From an uncultured Spirochaetota bacterium (lineage in GTDB: Bacteria > Spirochaetota > Brevinematia > Brevinematales > JAOACQ01), in assembly GCA_963783575.1 (NCBI GenBank), contig CAWAOD010000009.1, forward strand, positions 64,001-128,000: a stretch of 64,000 nucleotides of DNA. Direction: 5' to 3'. Shown in pieces: positions 20,429 through 31,144 of this stretch. The notes under the pieces were generated by a model. The model made no database searches. It was not told the origin of the DNA and saw nothing but the letters and a program-made list of their open reading frames with translations. Each line of letters opens with the position of its first letter. Position 1 is the stretch's first letter. Position numbers and translations under genes: made by a program.

Positions 20429-21054
20429 TTCAGCCTCCGAGGCATTCCGGCGCAGACAAAGTAAACAAAATCTGCAAGCGAAGCTATTTTCCTGTTCATC
20501 CTACCATGAATATCCCTGTATAATCTGGTCTCCTCATCAGCCGGAACAATGCCCATGCCCAGTTCATTTGAAACAACAATTAAAATCCTGCTTTCAGGAT
20601 TTAATAATCCCCGTGCTTCAATTTTAAACCCGGGCTGTCCTTCATCGAGAACCGATTGAAATTCCGCATCATCCTTTAGAAAGTCTTTACCCCAAATGGA
20701 GGTTATTTTATCAAGGTTTCTTTCCACCTCCATTTCTATTTGATCCGATTTACGGTAATAAAATAAATTCCCAAGCCAGACAGTCAGGCATTCAAGCATT
20801 ATGATCCGGTATTGAGCTTCCATTTCTTCAATTTTCCCTGAAATGTCAAGCGGAGTTTCGATGGTTTTAAAACACATGCCCCGGTTTGTCTTATGAACGA
20901 GGATCCTCTGTTCAAAATCATCGCCTGTTTCTTCGGCGGTCGCGAGGTATCCGATTGTTTCATCTCCGCTTCGGAGCCGTAAAGCCAGTTTTTCCGCAAA
21001 ACCGCTTTTTCCGGAACGCGCTCCGCCGAGGATCAAAACTATATATTTTGCCAT
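20425..21054 (-). CDS. cobU: Adenosylcobinamide kinase / cobinamide-phosphate guanylyltransferase
   Basis: GGARSGKS, YLATA, ECLTVWLGN, VSNELGMGIVP, GRMN. Confidence 0.93.
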   Translation of the reverse strand: MAKYIVLILGGARSGKSGFAEKLALRLRSGDETIGYLATAEETGDDFEQRILVHKTNRGMCFKTIETPLDISGKIEEMEAQYRIIMLECLTVWLGNLFYYRKSDQIEMEVERNLDKITSIWGKDFLKDDAEFQSVLDEGQPGFKIEARGLLNPESRILIVVSNELGMGIVPADEETRLYRDIHGRMNRKIASLADFVYFVCAGMPRRLK

Positions 21055-22510
21055 AATATTTCTCCAATTATTTTTAAATTCAGATTTTCCCTCATCACAG
21101 CTTCCAGGCGGTCAAATTCGGACAGCATATTATAGGGGTGAGTGTCCGGCAGCGGTTTCAATCCCTTTTTTTCACGGACTTTATTAAGCAGAAAACGGCG
21201 GAAGATATCACTGTCAAAAATACCATGAAGATAGCTCCCCCAGACATTACCGCTATCGCTGATGCTGCCGAGGCCTGGATTATCAACAAATAAGCTGTTT
21301 TCACATGTAATCGCTCTTCCCATGATGGATTTCATAACCGTTAACCGTCATATTTTCCCAGATAAAAACCGCCCGGGTCTGAGATAAATATTTTTCTTCA
21401 TTAAAAACCGTCTCCATATCCAGAAGTCCGAAACCGTCAATTTTTATAGCTGGGGATTCTACATTTTTGGGATACTGAATCGTTTTACCGAGCATTTGAT
21501 ATCCTCCGCAAATCCCTACAATCATTTTATTCCACTGGTTTAACTCCTGTATTTTTTCCCCAAAACCTTCCTTTTTTAAGACATTAATATCGTATGAAAC
21601 ATTTTTTGACCCGGGAAGAATTACAATATCAGCATTATCAAGGTCCTGAGGTTTTCGGGTCATGAAAATTTGCACATCCGGCTCGGCAAGGAAAGGATTG
21701 TAATCGGAGATGTTGGAAATGTGGGGCATATCGACAATCCCGATCGTAATTTCCTTTGTTTTCTGCTGATTAAACGGCTGGTCCCGGAAAACAGTCCCTG
21801 CGGAATCTTCCTCGGGTAGATTAAGACTGGTGATCATTGGAATTACTCCAAGAACAGGTTTGCATGTTTTTTCTTCCAGAAAATCAAGCCCAGGCTTTAA
21901 TAGGCTTAAATCACCTCGGAATTTATTTATGATGAAGCCTTTGATCCTATTCCTCTCTTCCGGTTCGAGAAGTTCAAGAGTTCCGACCAGGCTTGCAAAT
22001 ACTCCTCCACGGTCTATGTCTCCGACAAGAATTACGGGTGCATTAGCCATTTTAGCAATACTCATATTTGCAAGCTCTTCTTTTTTCAGATTGATTTCTG
22101 CCGGCGACCCGGCTCCTTCAATTACAATTATGTCATATTCTGCATCTAATGACCTGTATGCGCCTGATATAACCTTTTTCAGGTATTCCCTGCGTCCCAT
22201 ATAATCATAGAAGTCCAACCGGTCAAAGACTTTACCCATCACAATGACCTGAGACATATAATTTGTCACAGGCTTTAATAAAACCGGGTTCATCCGGACA
22301 TCGGCTTATTCCAGCAGTTTGGGCTTGCATAGCTTGTGCTCTTCCCATTTCAAGTCTGTCAGCAGTAACATAAGAATTAAGTGCCATATTCTGGGACTTA
22401 AATGGAGCTGTCTTCAAACCGTTTTTGTAAAATATCCTGCATAACCCGGCTGTAATTAACGATTTTCCCACACTCGAAGCCGTTCCCTGGATCATTATGG
22501 ACTTTGCCAT
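21039..22510 (-). CDS. cobQ: Cobyric acid synthase CbiP/CobQ (two frameshifts, near 22300 and 21320)
   Basis: [62 protein letters not shown] spread over three frames. Confidence 0.9.
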
Positions 22511-22521
22511 ATTGCCTTCCT

Positions 22522-24440
22522 TTAGAGGTGATAACGGATTCCGGCCGTAAAATTAATCCCGGAAGTATTATATCCTTCTGTCTCAATATATTTTACATTA
22601 AACAGGTTGTCTATGTTTCCATAAAAATCAGCCTTCTTCCAGCGGTATAGAAGCGATACTCCGGTAACCCAGTGTTCGGGAATTACAGCTCCACCAAAAT
22701 CATATTTTGTCCCGGTATAAACAGCGTTCAGATTCAGGCTGAAGTTTGAAACAGGCTGAAATTCCGCTGAAATATTTCCTTTATGCATTGGAATTTGAAA
22801 CATCATAAGTCCGCTGACTTGATTGACGGCATAAGTATAAGTGTATTCAACCTCGAATTCAAGCATTTTTAAAGGCCTTATTTTCAAAGAAGATTCAATG
22901 CCTGTACTTTTTACGCTTCCCAGATTGGTATACAGAAAGCTTTCGAAATCATAAGTCACCATGTTTTTGAAATCATTCTGGAAAAAAGTTAACTCAAAAT
23001 CTATTATATTAAGATAATTCTGGATTAATCCGGCGTCAAACCCGCTGCTTACTTCGGGTTTAAGGTTGGTTGACCCGTAAGGAGAATAAAGCTGATATAA
23101 AGTGGGTCCTTAAACCCTGTTCCGGCATTTCCCTTAAGAGAAAGACCGATATCGGCAAGAGGTATAAGCACGGATGTCTGGTAGCTCAGGACAGCCCCTG
23201 ATGAAGATGTAAAGTCCGCACGGATTCCTGTGGTATTGTTAAAGAACTCATTGAGATTTAATTGATTCTGCAGGTAAATTGCCGTATTAGTCTTGCCGAC
23301 ATTTGTAATATCGCTCACATACAAACCATATGTAGTATCCTGATAATGGGACGACCCGCTTTCCAGCTGTCCTTCAAGGCCTGCAGTCAAAGTATCCAAT
23401 GTTTTGTAACTAAACCGGTTTATAATTTCCCCCTGGATGGTCTCACCTTTATACCAGCTGTCCAATTCGCTCTGTGAAGGCAGAGGAATCCTGGATTCGT
23501 TTCTGTTGGCAAGATTATAAGATAAATCCAACTGATAATTCCACCAGTCAAAAGGCTTTTGCAAGAACTCCCCATGTAAAGTCATATCATCATTAATCAT
23601 TTTGTGGAAATCGTCATCCTGGAATGCTCCGGTATCTATATCGGCAGATGTATAACCGTATCTTCCGGTAAAACGTATCTTTGCATTATCAAACAAATCA
23701 TAGCCAAAACCGCCGGAAGCAAAGGTTGACTCATAACCGTCTTTTTCGGGATCCTGAGTTGTATTTGTAAGATAAGCCTGTGAAAATCCATCACTTTTTT
23801 CATGAGAAACGGAAATGGAAAAATCCGAATATTCAGTCCTTCCTTCCGCTCCCGTTCCGATTTTGAAGGTATTAAAACTGCCTGCTCCTGAGTCAAGAAA
23901 GAAGTCAAAATCCTTTTTACCTTTTTTAGTTATTATATTAATCACTCCGCCCATGGCTTCAGAACCGTAAAGAGCGCTATGCGGGCCCCGGATAATTTCA
24001 ATCCTTTCGACATTATCAAGATTAAGATTGGCAAAATTAAAAGATTCATCCGTCATCATAGGATCATTTAAAGGAGCACCGTCAAGTAAAACCAGTGTAT
24101 CACCGGGCTTCGAACCGCGCAGATATACATCTGCTATACCGCCGCGGCCTCCAACTTCGTAAAAAGTAATTCCCGGAACATTTTTCAGAAGGTCTGCAAC
24201 AGTCCTGCCGCTTTGTTTTTCTATATCTTCACTGCTGATAACCGTAACGGAAGCTCCTACCTGCGCGGCAGGCTGTTCTATTTTTGCGGCGCTTACTACA
24301 ATTTCGGGTAATATTGCCGTGATATTAGTATTTGTTTCCTGGCCGTGAATTTGGCCTGCCTGGAAGATGATGACTAAAATGAATGGTCTGTAAAGTTTGT
24401 AATTCATCAATAATGAAAATAAGTTATATAATCTTTTCAT
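22522..24440 (-). CDS. btuB: TonB-dependent corrinoid receptor BtuB-like (frameshift near 23100)
   Basis: TonB box EIVVSA, plug motifs [34 protein letters not shown] near the C-terminus; downstream of a cobalamin riboswitch. Confidence 0.85.
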
Positions 24441-24563
24441 AATTCTTCTCCTGATTTAAATAAGCAAAAAACACCAAAAACCCATAGATCAATTCAAACC
24501 AGGAAAATCATGTTGTTTTAGCCATAAATTTCTCCTCAATCCTCGAAGGATTTTTTGCAGTTT

Positions 24564-24710
24564 GCGGCCTGCCGGTCTTCTGGCTCTCCCCGATTCAGAC
24601 TGCCTTCTCACCCAATAGAGCGGGCAATGGCAAACTTGCCTGAATCATTATACGGGGATTACAGCTGCGGGTCAGCTCCCGGTTTTCACGGGATTCCCGA
24701 TGCCGGCCGC
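24564..24710 (-). ncRNA. Cobalamin riboswitch
   Basis: Minus strand GGGAA-CCCGTGAAAACCGGG-AGCTGACCCGCAGCTGTAA...GCCATTG...GAGAAGGC...GAGCCAGAAGACC (B12 box), closed by GCGGCC/GGCCGC. Confidence 0.92.
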
Positions 24711-24829
24711 TATAATACAACATTAAACTTTAGATACTTATTTTATAAAACCGGATATTTATTGTCAAAAAAGAAGGAAGTGTTTTTATACGGCTCTGCT
24801 CTGGATTTTACCATGTGCCGGAAGATCTT

Positions 24830-25650
24830 CTACTTTTTTGCCGTTATGATATGACTTTCCATAGGAACAGCTAAACCGTAATCGTCAATATAAATCTTCA
24901 AAGATCTAATTATATCACCGAACATTTTTGTACGTTCCTCATTTGCCATTTCATCAATTTTATTCGCAACAAATGGGAAAACCGAAAGATACCCCGGAAG
25001 AAATTCTTTTAATGAAGGATACCGTGCAACTCGCGATTCAAGACGGATGTAAATGTCATGGAATCCTGTATTGTTTAGAATATCTCGAATTTCCTCACGA
25101 TCGTATAGTGAACAGGATGCATAGAAACCGGCCGTTAAATTTACACCAAGATATGCGCCAATTACATCTGATAAAACAGCTAAAAATGGGCAACGGTCAA
25201 TCGATCTCCAAACACTAATCGCAATAATTCCGCTTGGTACCATTACCCTAAACATTTCATACAAAGCCGCCAGTCTGTCAGAAAAAAACTGAAGGCCCTG
25301 TTGACATAAAACAATATCATATTCAGATTCTTTAAATGGCATAGATGCAGCATCGCCCTGATACCATTCGATAGGATGTATATCCTCCCGGTCAGCAAAC
25401 TTTTTTGCCGCGCTAAGCATCGCTCTATCTGCATCAAGCCCGGCAATATTGCCGCTTGTTCCAATTAAACGAGAGGCCTTTCTGGCAACAACACCAGTAC
25501 CACAAGCAACATCAAGCACCCTATCACCCCGCCCAACTTTAGCGCTTTCTACAAGCGCCTGACCCATTCTCCCATCCAAGCTGAAACAATATATCGTTCG
25601 TAAGCATCCGGAACCGTACCGTCAACTCGCCATCCAGATTCTTTACTCAA
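24830..25650 (-). CDS. Class I SAM-dependent methyltransferase (frameshift near 25580)
   Basis: VLDVACGTG, GDAASMPF, DIVLCQQGLQFF; the N-terminus DAYERYIV lies in another frame from TTG 25650. Confidence 0.85.
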
Positions 25651-25771
25651 TATAATTTTCCTCCATCTACTATTTAGCTCTCATTTTTAGTTAGACTAAC
25701 AATTGCTTAACATATTAGAAATTCTTTTTTCCATTAATAAATATTTTCTGAAAGTATAAAATTAAGATTTT

Positions 25772-26851
25772 CTATTTCGGTGCAATCTTTTTCATTCTGC
25801 CGAGAATCTCATTATATTCCACTCCCGAAAGAGTCTTGTCAGGTTTAAAGTTGATACCGTCCGGAAGGTCAAAAACTTCCCTTTCAACAAGCCCCAACGC
25901 CGAATCAAACCAGGGATCATCCAGATTCAGATCAGGTACAGGGCTTTTAGCCGCATTGCCTTCCTGAGCATTTGTTTTGTACCGGCTGCTGTATTCAGTG
26001 AGCATATCGCTGTTATTTTCTTTGAAGGAAAGGATATGATAAAGGAAATAAGCGGCAAATTTCCTTTCGGCCGGCCGGTTAATATCAATCAGGAATTGAG
26101 GCAGAAAACCTTTATCCTTTGCTTTTGCAAATATAATTTCATAAGAATCACCAGCGGTTAATTCTAGCCATGAGGTTTCTGAAGATGTAAGGGCAATCAT
26201 ACCCTCTATTGTCAGAACCGGATGATTCAGCCATTCCATAACCGTTTGATCCGGAGAAACATCCTTCATCTTAAATGAATAATCAAGTATTTTCCCAAAA
26301 ATATCCCTGTATCCCGGGGAAAGTTTTTGCAAAGCCTCGTCCAGTCCGGCGGCAGCTTCACGGTATCTTTTGGCCTCATAATCCGCAAGCCCTTTTTCAA
26401 GAATCAATTGACCGGAACCGGAATTAGATTTTAAGGCTTTATTAATAAGAGCCTGTTTTTTCTTTAAATCGTTTTCCACATGAATTTTTAAAATAGTAAC
26501 CCTATAACTGGCCGGATTTTCATTTTCTGCAGTTTTAAGAAATTCAAGAGCAATATCGTTTTTCTTATCAAGAAGTTCGATTTCGCCTGACAGCGCATAA
26601 ACGGAAGCATTATAATCTTTATTCAAAGTCATATACCTGCGCAGGTTTTCCGCATATTTCCTTAGTTCCGTTATTATTTTTTGTCTTGAATCTGCCTGTT
26701 GATCATACCTTAAAGCATATATTTTTTCTTCAAGATCAAGTATTTGATTGTTCTCAAGTTCACCGGCGCTTGATACTGATTTCGGCTTGACCATATTCTG
26801 GCATGAAGTGAAAATTATGCAAATAAACAATAATAGCAAAATATTTTTCAT
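25772..26851 (-). CDS. Lipoprotein with TPR-like helices and C-terminal SLH-like domain
   Basis: Lipobox FTSC; VPDLNLDDPWF...DGINFKPDKTLS..EY. Confidence 0.6.
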   Translation of the reverse strand: MKNILLLLFICIIFTSCQNMVKPKSVSSAGELENNQILDLEEKIYALRYDQQADSRQKIITELRKYAENLRRYMTLNKDYNASVYALSGEIELLDKKNDIALEFLKTAENENPASYRVTILKIHVENDLKKKQALINKALKSNSGSGQLILEKGLADYEAKRYREAAAGLDEALQKLSPGYRDIFGKILDYSFKMKDVSPDQTVMEWLNHPVLTIEGMIALTSSETSWLELTAGDSYEIIFAKAKDKGFLPQFLIDINRPAERKFAAYFLYHILSFKENNSDMLTEYSSRYKTNAQEGNAAKSPVPDLNLDDPWFDSALGLVEREVFDLPDGINFKPDKTLSGVEYNEILGRMKKIAPK

Positions 26852-26862
26852 TAAATATCTCC

Positions 26863-29541
26863 TTAGAATGGCAGAGTGTATGCATAAATCTTATCGTCAA
26901 TACTTCCCGTTACAAGTTCGGCTTTACCATCCTGATTGAGGTCATAAAACTGCGGGCGTGTGTTTCCTTTAAGCGGAAATCCTGGTAAATCAATAAGCTT
27001 TGATGTCAAACAGTAAATTGAGTTTCTGCATCCATAAATCATAATTTTGGGTTCGGTATTATGACTGCCGTAATACAATTCAATGCGTGCTTCTTTACCA
27101 TCAAGCCCTTCTATTTTGCGTTCCGATAAAATTTTCGGTTCAAGGCTTAAAATCCTTACTTTCCCGTCTTCCGAAAGTATTAAAAGCCCTTCGTCATTAT
27201 TTTCTGATAATGGAATCATCACAGGATTATGATAAAAAATACCGTCAACCTGGAAGGGAAAACCCTTCAGGCTTTTTCCAAGGCTATTCCAGGCGTATAA
27301 AAGCCCCGATTGGGTCAGGCAGGCAATCACAACATCATCATTATGACGGACAATTACTGGTGAGCCGAAGCTAATCCCATCTATGGACAGAGGCCAGCCG
27401 GACATTGCAGTGCCGGAATCATCAGCTAAATAAACCTTGCCGTCAAAACTTTTCGGATATAGGGCCCATAATCCGTCGCGTAAGGCAGGTTCCGCTAGTA
27501 ATGGATTAGGCATTTCAAAGGCAAAGGGTGAAACATTGCCCTGGTGATCCATAAGGAAGAGCTTTTTGTCCGGTCTTGAGAAAAACAATAATTTATCACC
27601 CGAGACGGTGGGGATAAAAGATTGTTTATATTCCGTGAGTTTTGGGAAAGGAGATATTGCCTTTACTTTTTTATCAAAGCGGTAGAATGTTCCCTGCGGA
27701 GAATAGACAAAGAAACTGTCCCTGAATATCGCCGGAATTATCGAAGAATTTTCATCAATCTCAGCCGTAAAAGTTTCAGTCATAGTAAGATCGGAGGAAA
27801 CAAGCTCATTTTTATTTCTGATAAAAATCAAGCTGGGTACATAACTCCCCGAAAAAGCCCTAACCCAAATATCTCCGCTAACACTGCCGCCAGCATTTAC
27901 CGGAAAACCCGGAAATGGTTTAATAACTTCTCTTTCGGTTTTTATGGCTGTAAGAATGATATTCCATTTCCCGGAATAAGAGGTCATACTCGCTGTACCC
28001 AGGCCGTAAAGCTTAAGCACCCTCGAAAGTGAAGATTCATTGTTGATAAAAAATGGAGTGTTCTGATCCAGATTATAATAAAGAAAAAGGCCCGGATTGT
28101 CCGGAAGCTCTTTCGACAATTTATTGTAATAATTCCAGTTCGCAAGGGTTTTACCTTTCCTGGCCGAATTCACAGTATCCGCGAGCGTTTCAGGATTGAG
28201 TGAAATGAACAGATAACCGGATTCTTCAATATAATAAGGCGTGGGAAGTTTTACCCCGAACATTGCAATAATTGGCTGCAGGATATCGGGGACCAGGATT
28301 TTTGTCAGTTGAATATTATCCAGAACCAGAGACTTATCGCCCTGGAGTATTATGGAATTTTGAATTTTATCAATCGCCTGGCCGAATTTACTCTGATCCC
28401 TGACACGGCAGAAAATGACCGGTTCATTTGAATTGCTAAGCATTAAAATTCCAGCATCATTACCTGCCCAATCGAAAAAAAGCCCGTCCAGACCCATTCC
28501 AAATAGAAGCTTGCAATCTTCATCGGCTTTATTCATAAGTTCCACGGCGGATTTGCCCTGAAGGCCAACAGCAAGAGAAGCGATATCTTTTATGGAACAC
28601 AAATTAATAATCGAGAAAAATGACGTGTTTGAAGGAAGTCTTGAAATTATATCGATTTTTTCAGGATTGCTTGAAATTACCTTTTTAATTATTTCATCTG
28701 TAGAATCCGGGAACGCCGATAATTCCATTCGGAAATTAGTATTATCCAATTTTATCGTAATAATTGTTTCTTTTGAAAAATCAATTTTATCAAGAACCTG
28801 TTTTACAGTTGGATTCGATTCAGCCGCCGGTTTTAGAAGTTCCTTTGTATCGACAAGGATCCTCAGGGTTCCGAACGGAGCGGATTTAAGCTTATCTAGC
28901 AGTTCCTTCTCTCCTTTTTTTAACAGGTTATTATCCGAACCCGCTTTTTCAAGAACATCCTCCAGCAAGGCATCATCGGTTGAAAGTATTAAAAGATTAT
29001 CTTCAAAGCTGAAATATAATGAATTATTATTTCCCATCCCATATTTAAAAACAATCTTTCCGTTTTTTCTGATAGAAGTAATGTTTTTCAGGTTCATATT
29101 GATCCCTAATGCGGGGAAAACTCTTGTGACAACCGATCTCCACCCCAGGTCAAAAACGGCGATGATCTTTTTATTCTCGAGTACTGCTGAATCCAGCCGC
29201 ACATTCAATAGTTCATGAAAAAGATTATTTTTTGATAAGCTTTTTCCCCGGAAATCGGTCAAAACTTTACGAATAGGCAGAAATTCCTGGCTTGAAAGAA
29301 TGATATCGGCGGCTTCAAGATTAATCCAGTCTTCATAAACGATTTTTAGAGATGGAATCTCCGCGAATATCAGGAATTTTTCAGGAATGTAAGAAAGCGG
29401 CTGTTTGATTGTAAAAAAATAGTGGACGGTAAGCCCTGCAATTCCGGCAAAAAGCAGTATAAAAATGAATAATAATAACCGAATGATGAATCCGGCAATA
29501 GGATTTTTTTTCCGCCTTTTTGCATGATCTTCTTTTTCCAT
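26863..29541 (-). CDS. Large membrane-anchored protein (DUF3352-like N-terminus, FG-GAP/beta-propeller C-terminus)
   Basis: One N-terminal TM; repeated G(W/F)P motifs; DLNQDGKAELVTGS.D.KIY. Confidence 0.6.
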   Translation of the reverse strand: MEKEDHAKRRKKNPIAGFIIRLLLFIFILLFAGIAGLTVHYFFTIKQPLSYIPEKFLIFAEIPSLKIVYEDWINLEAADIILSSQEFLPIRKVLTDFRGKSLSKNNLFHELLNVRLDSAVLENKKIIAVFDLGWRSVVTRVFPALGINMNLKNITSIRKNGKIVFKYGMGNNNSLYFSFEDNLLILSTDDALLEDVLEKAGSDNNLLKKGEKELLDKLKSAPFGTLRILVDTKELLKPAAESNPTVKQVLDKIDFSKETIITIKLDNTNFRMELSAFPDSTDEIIKKVISSNPEKIDIISRLPSNTSFFSIINLCSIKDIASLAVGLQGKSAVELMNKADEDCKLLFGMGLDGLFFDWAGNDAGILMLSNSNEPVIFCRVRDQSKFGQAIDKIQNSIILQGDKSLVLDNIQLTKILVPDILQPIIAMFGVKLPTPYYIEESGYLFISLNPETLADTVNSARKGKTLANWNYYNKLSKELPDNPGLFLYYNLDQNTPFFINNESSLSRVLKLYGLGTASMTSYSGKWNIILTAIKTEREVIKPFPGFPVNAGGSVSGDIWVRAFSGSYVPSLIFIRNKNELVSSDLTMTETFTAEIDENSSIIPAIFRDSFFVYSPQGTFYRFDKKVKAISPFPKLTEYKQSFIPTVSGDKLLFFSRPDKKLFLMDHQGNVSPFAFEMPNPLLAEPALRDGLWALYPKSFDGKVYLADDSGTAMSGWPLSIDGISFGSPVIVRHNDDVVIACLTQSGLLYAWNSLGKSLKGFPFQVDGIFYHNPVMIPLSENNDEGLLILSEDGKVRILSLEPKILSERKIEGLDGKEARIELYYGSHNTEPKIMIYGCRNSIYCLTSKLIDLPGFPLKGNTRPQFYDLNQDGKAELVTGSIDDKIYAYTLPF

Positions 29542-29748
29542 CTGAGCCTTCCTTACATTATAATTTTAAATTTGATTATTATATCCAATCAAATGGGGTT
29601 AGTCAAAATAATAATTTGTAAAAGGCCTGATAAATCTTATTTATTGTATAATCACTTCATTTCTTCTAAAATATCATGCTTTAATATTATAAAATCTTAT
29701 TTATTAATTTTTATATCCATAGGAAACTAAAAAAGCGGAGACGGTAAT

Positions 29749-30036
29749 ATGGGCCGATTGATAATTGGCTTTAAAAACGCGTATTCATCATATTTAAAAC
29801 CTGATGCGGTTACCGGTTCTATTGAAAGTTCAATTTTGATATGGGACTTTTTCGAAAAAACAACTTACAAAGCCGGTATTATAGGATTTTTAATAGGACT
29901 TGTTGTTATTCTGGAAAACGCCGGGAAACCAGAAAACCTTGGACCGGCAGTCGCAATGAGCCTGATTTCCATACTATACAGTCTTATTTTTGTAATTATA
30001 ACCAGGATTCTAAAAGCGAGGATTTTGGAAAGATAA
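29749..30036 (+). CDS. Short MotA/TolQ/ExbB-like membrane protein
   Basis: AGIIGFLIGLVVILEN..PENLGPAVAMSLISILYS. Confidence 0.6.
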   Translation: MGRLIIGFKNAYSSYLKPDAVTGSIESSILIWDFFEKTTYKAGIIGFLIGLVVILENAGKPENLGPAVAMSLISILYSLIFVIITRILKARILER

Positions 30037-30074
30037 TATAACTTCTATTCTTTAGCAACTCAGGCGGAATCATT

Positions 30075-31001
30075 TTACCAGAAATTGTATATGTATTCTA
30101 TATGAAGGAATAAATACTCTCCGCCTCCATTTTCTTTAGTTATATTATATTCATTTTCTTCTTTCAAATTGCCCCTGTAATCATATATATAGCCGGTCTT
30201 TGTTCTATACTGTACATCAGCAGTGATTTTCTCTATTAATCTGCCGTTATTATCATATTTATAGGTGATGCTGGTTGTAGGCGTTTCGCTTGAAGTATAT
30301 AAATCCTCTTTTATAACCCGTCCATCAGCATTATATTGATAAGTGGTTTTGTTTATAACCGCCTCGTTTAAATAAACATCGCTCTGTTCAATCAATCTGG
30401 AATCTGAATTATATTGAAAAGCCGATTTCAGCTTCAAATCTCCCCGGGAATCATAAGCGCTTGACTGCAAAATTTTACCCTGATTATCATATGTGTTGCT
30501 GATCTTTTCAAACAGTCCCCCATTGAGATTAAAAGTTTTTTCTTCAATTAAATTATTTCCTCCGTCATAGCTGTAAACCGTCCGGCGTGTAGAAAGCCCG
30601 TCAAAACTTATTTTCTGCACCTTACAATTATTTTCATTATAATTATACGAATTCGATGAATGAATAACCCCATCTTTAAAAAACAGCTCGGAGCTGATCA
30701 GGTTATTATTATCGTCATACCAATAATTCCAGCGATAAATAAGCAATTCGTCATTATTAAAAAGCTTCGTTTCTATTTTATTTCCACGTTTATCATACTT
30801 GTTTTCAGTAACGTCTTGAAGTATATTCATAATCTGATTATTGGTATTATCCACCTTATATCTGTTTATTTTCATTTCAGCAGTTGGAACAACAATTTTA
30901 TCCTCTTCCCATCCTGTTTTCTTAACCGGCGAATTAGAAAATATAACTCCCCATAATGAAAAAATAAGAAATATTATTATAAAAAATTTAGTTTGATTCA
31001 T
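30075..31001 (-). CDS. Secreted YD-repeat-like protein
   Basis: Signal peptide; repeated YxYDxxGNxIEE units. Confidence 0.7.
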   Translation of the reverse strand: MNQTKFFIIIFLIFSLWGVIFSNSPVKKTGWEEDKIVVPTAEMKINRYKVDNTNNQIMNILQDVTENKYDKRGNKIETKLFNNDELLIYRWNYWYDDNNNLISSELFFKDGVIHSSNSYNYNENNCKVQKISFDGLSTRRTVYSYDGGNNLIEEKTFNLNGGLFEKISNTYDNQGKILQSSAYDSRGDLKLKSAFQYNSDSRLIEQSDVYLNEAVINKTTYQYNADGRVIKEDLYTSSETPTTSITYKYDNNGRLIEKITADVQYRTKTGYIYDYRGNLKEENEYNITKENGGGEYLFLHIEYIYNFW

Positions 31002-31095
31002 AATAACACCCTCCTAATAATTCATACTTTCGATTAGCACAATAAGTATATGAACAAAAATTTCCATAGTCAATAAACACAATATTATTAATAAA

Positions 31096-31120
31096 AAAGT
31101 AAGGCGGGTAAAACCCGCCT
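31096..31120 (-). terminator. Intrinsic terminator after lctP
   Basis: AGGCGGGT-AAA-ACCCGCCT followed by a U-rich tract on the minus strand. Confidence 0.7.
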
Positions 31121-31144
31121 GAAATTTTATTTATTAATCAGTTT

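Noticed and set aside
24830..25650. Methyltransferase as a lower-ligand (BzaC-like) enzyme of the cobamide operon
   Set aside because: It lies upstream of the riboswitch and its probable promoter, and shows only generic class I motifs
30075..31001. Rhs/polymorphic toxin
   Set aside because: Short, signal-peptide-bearing, no Rhs core DPxG motif, no toxin tip or immunity gene
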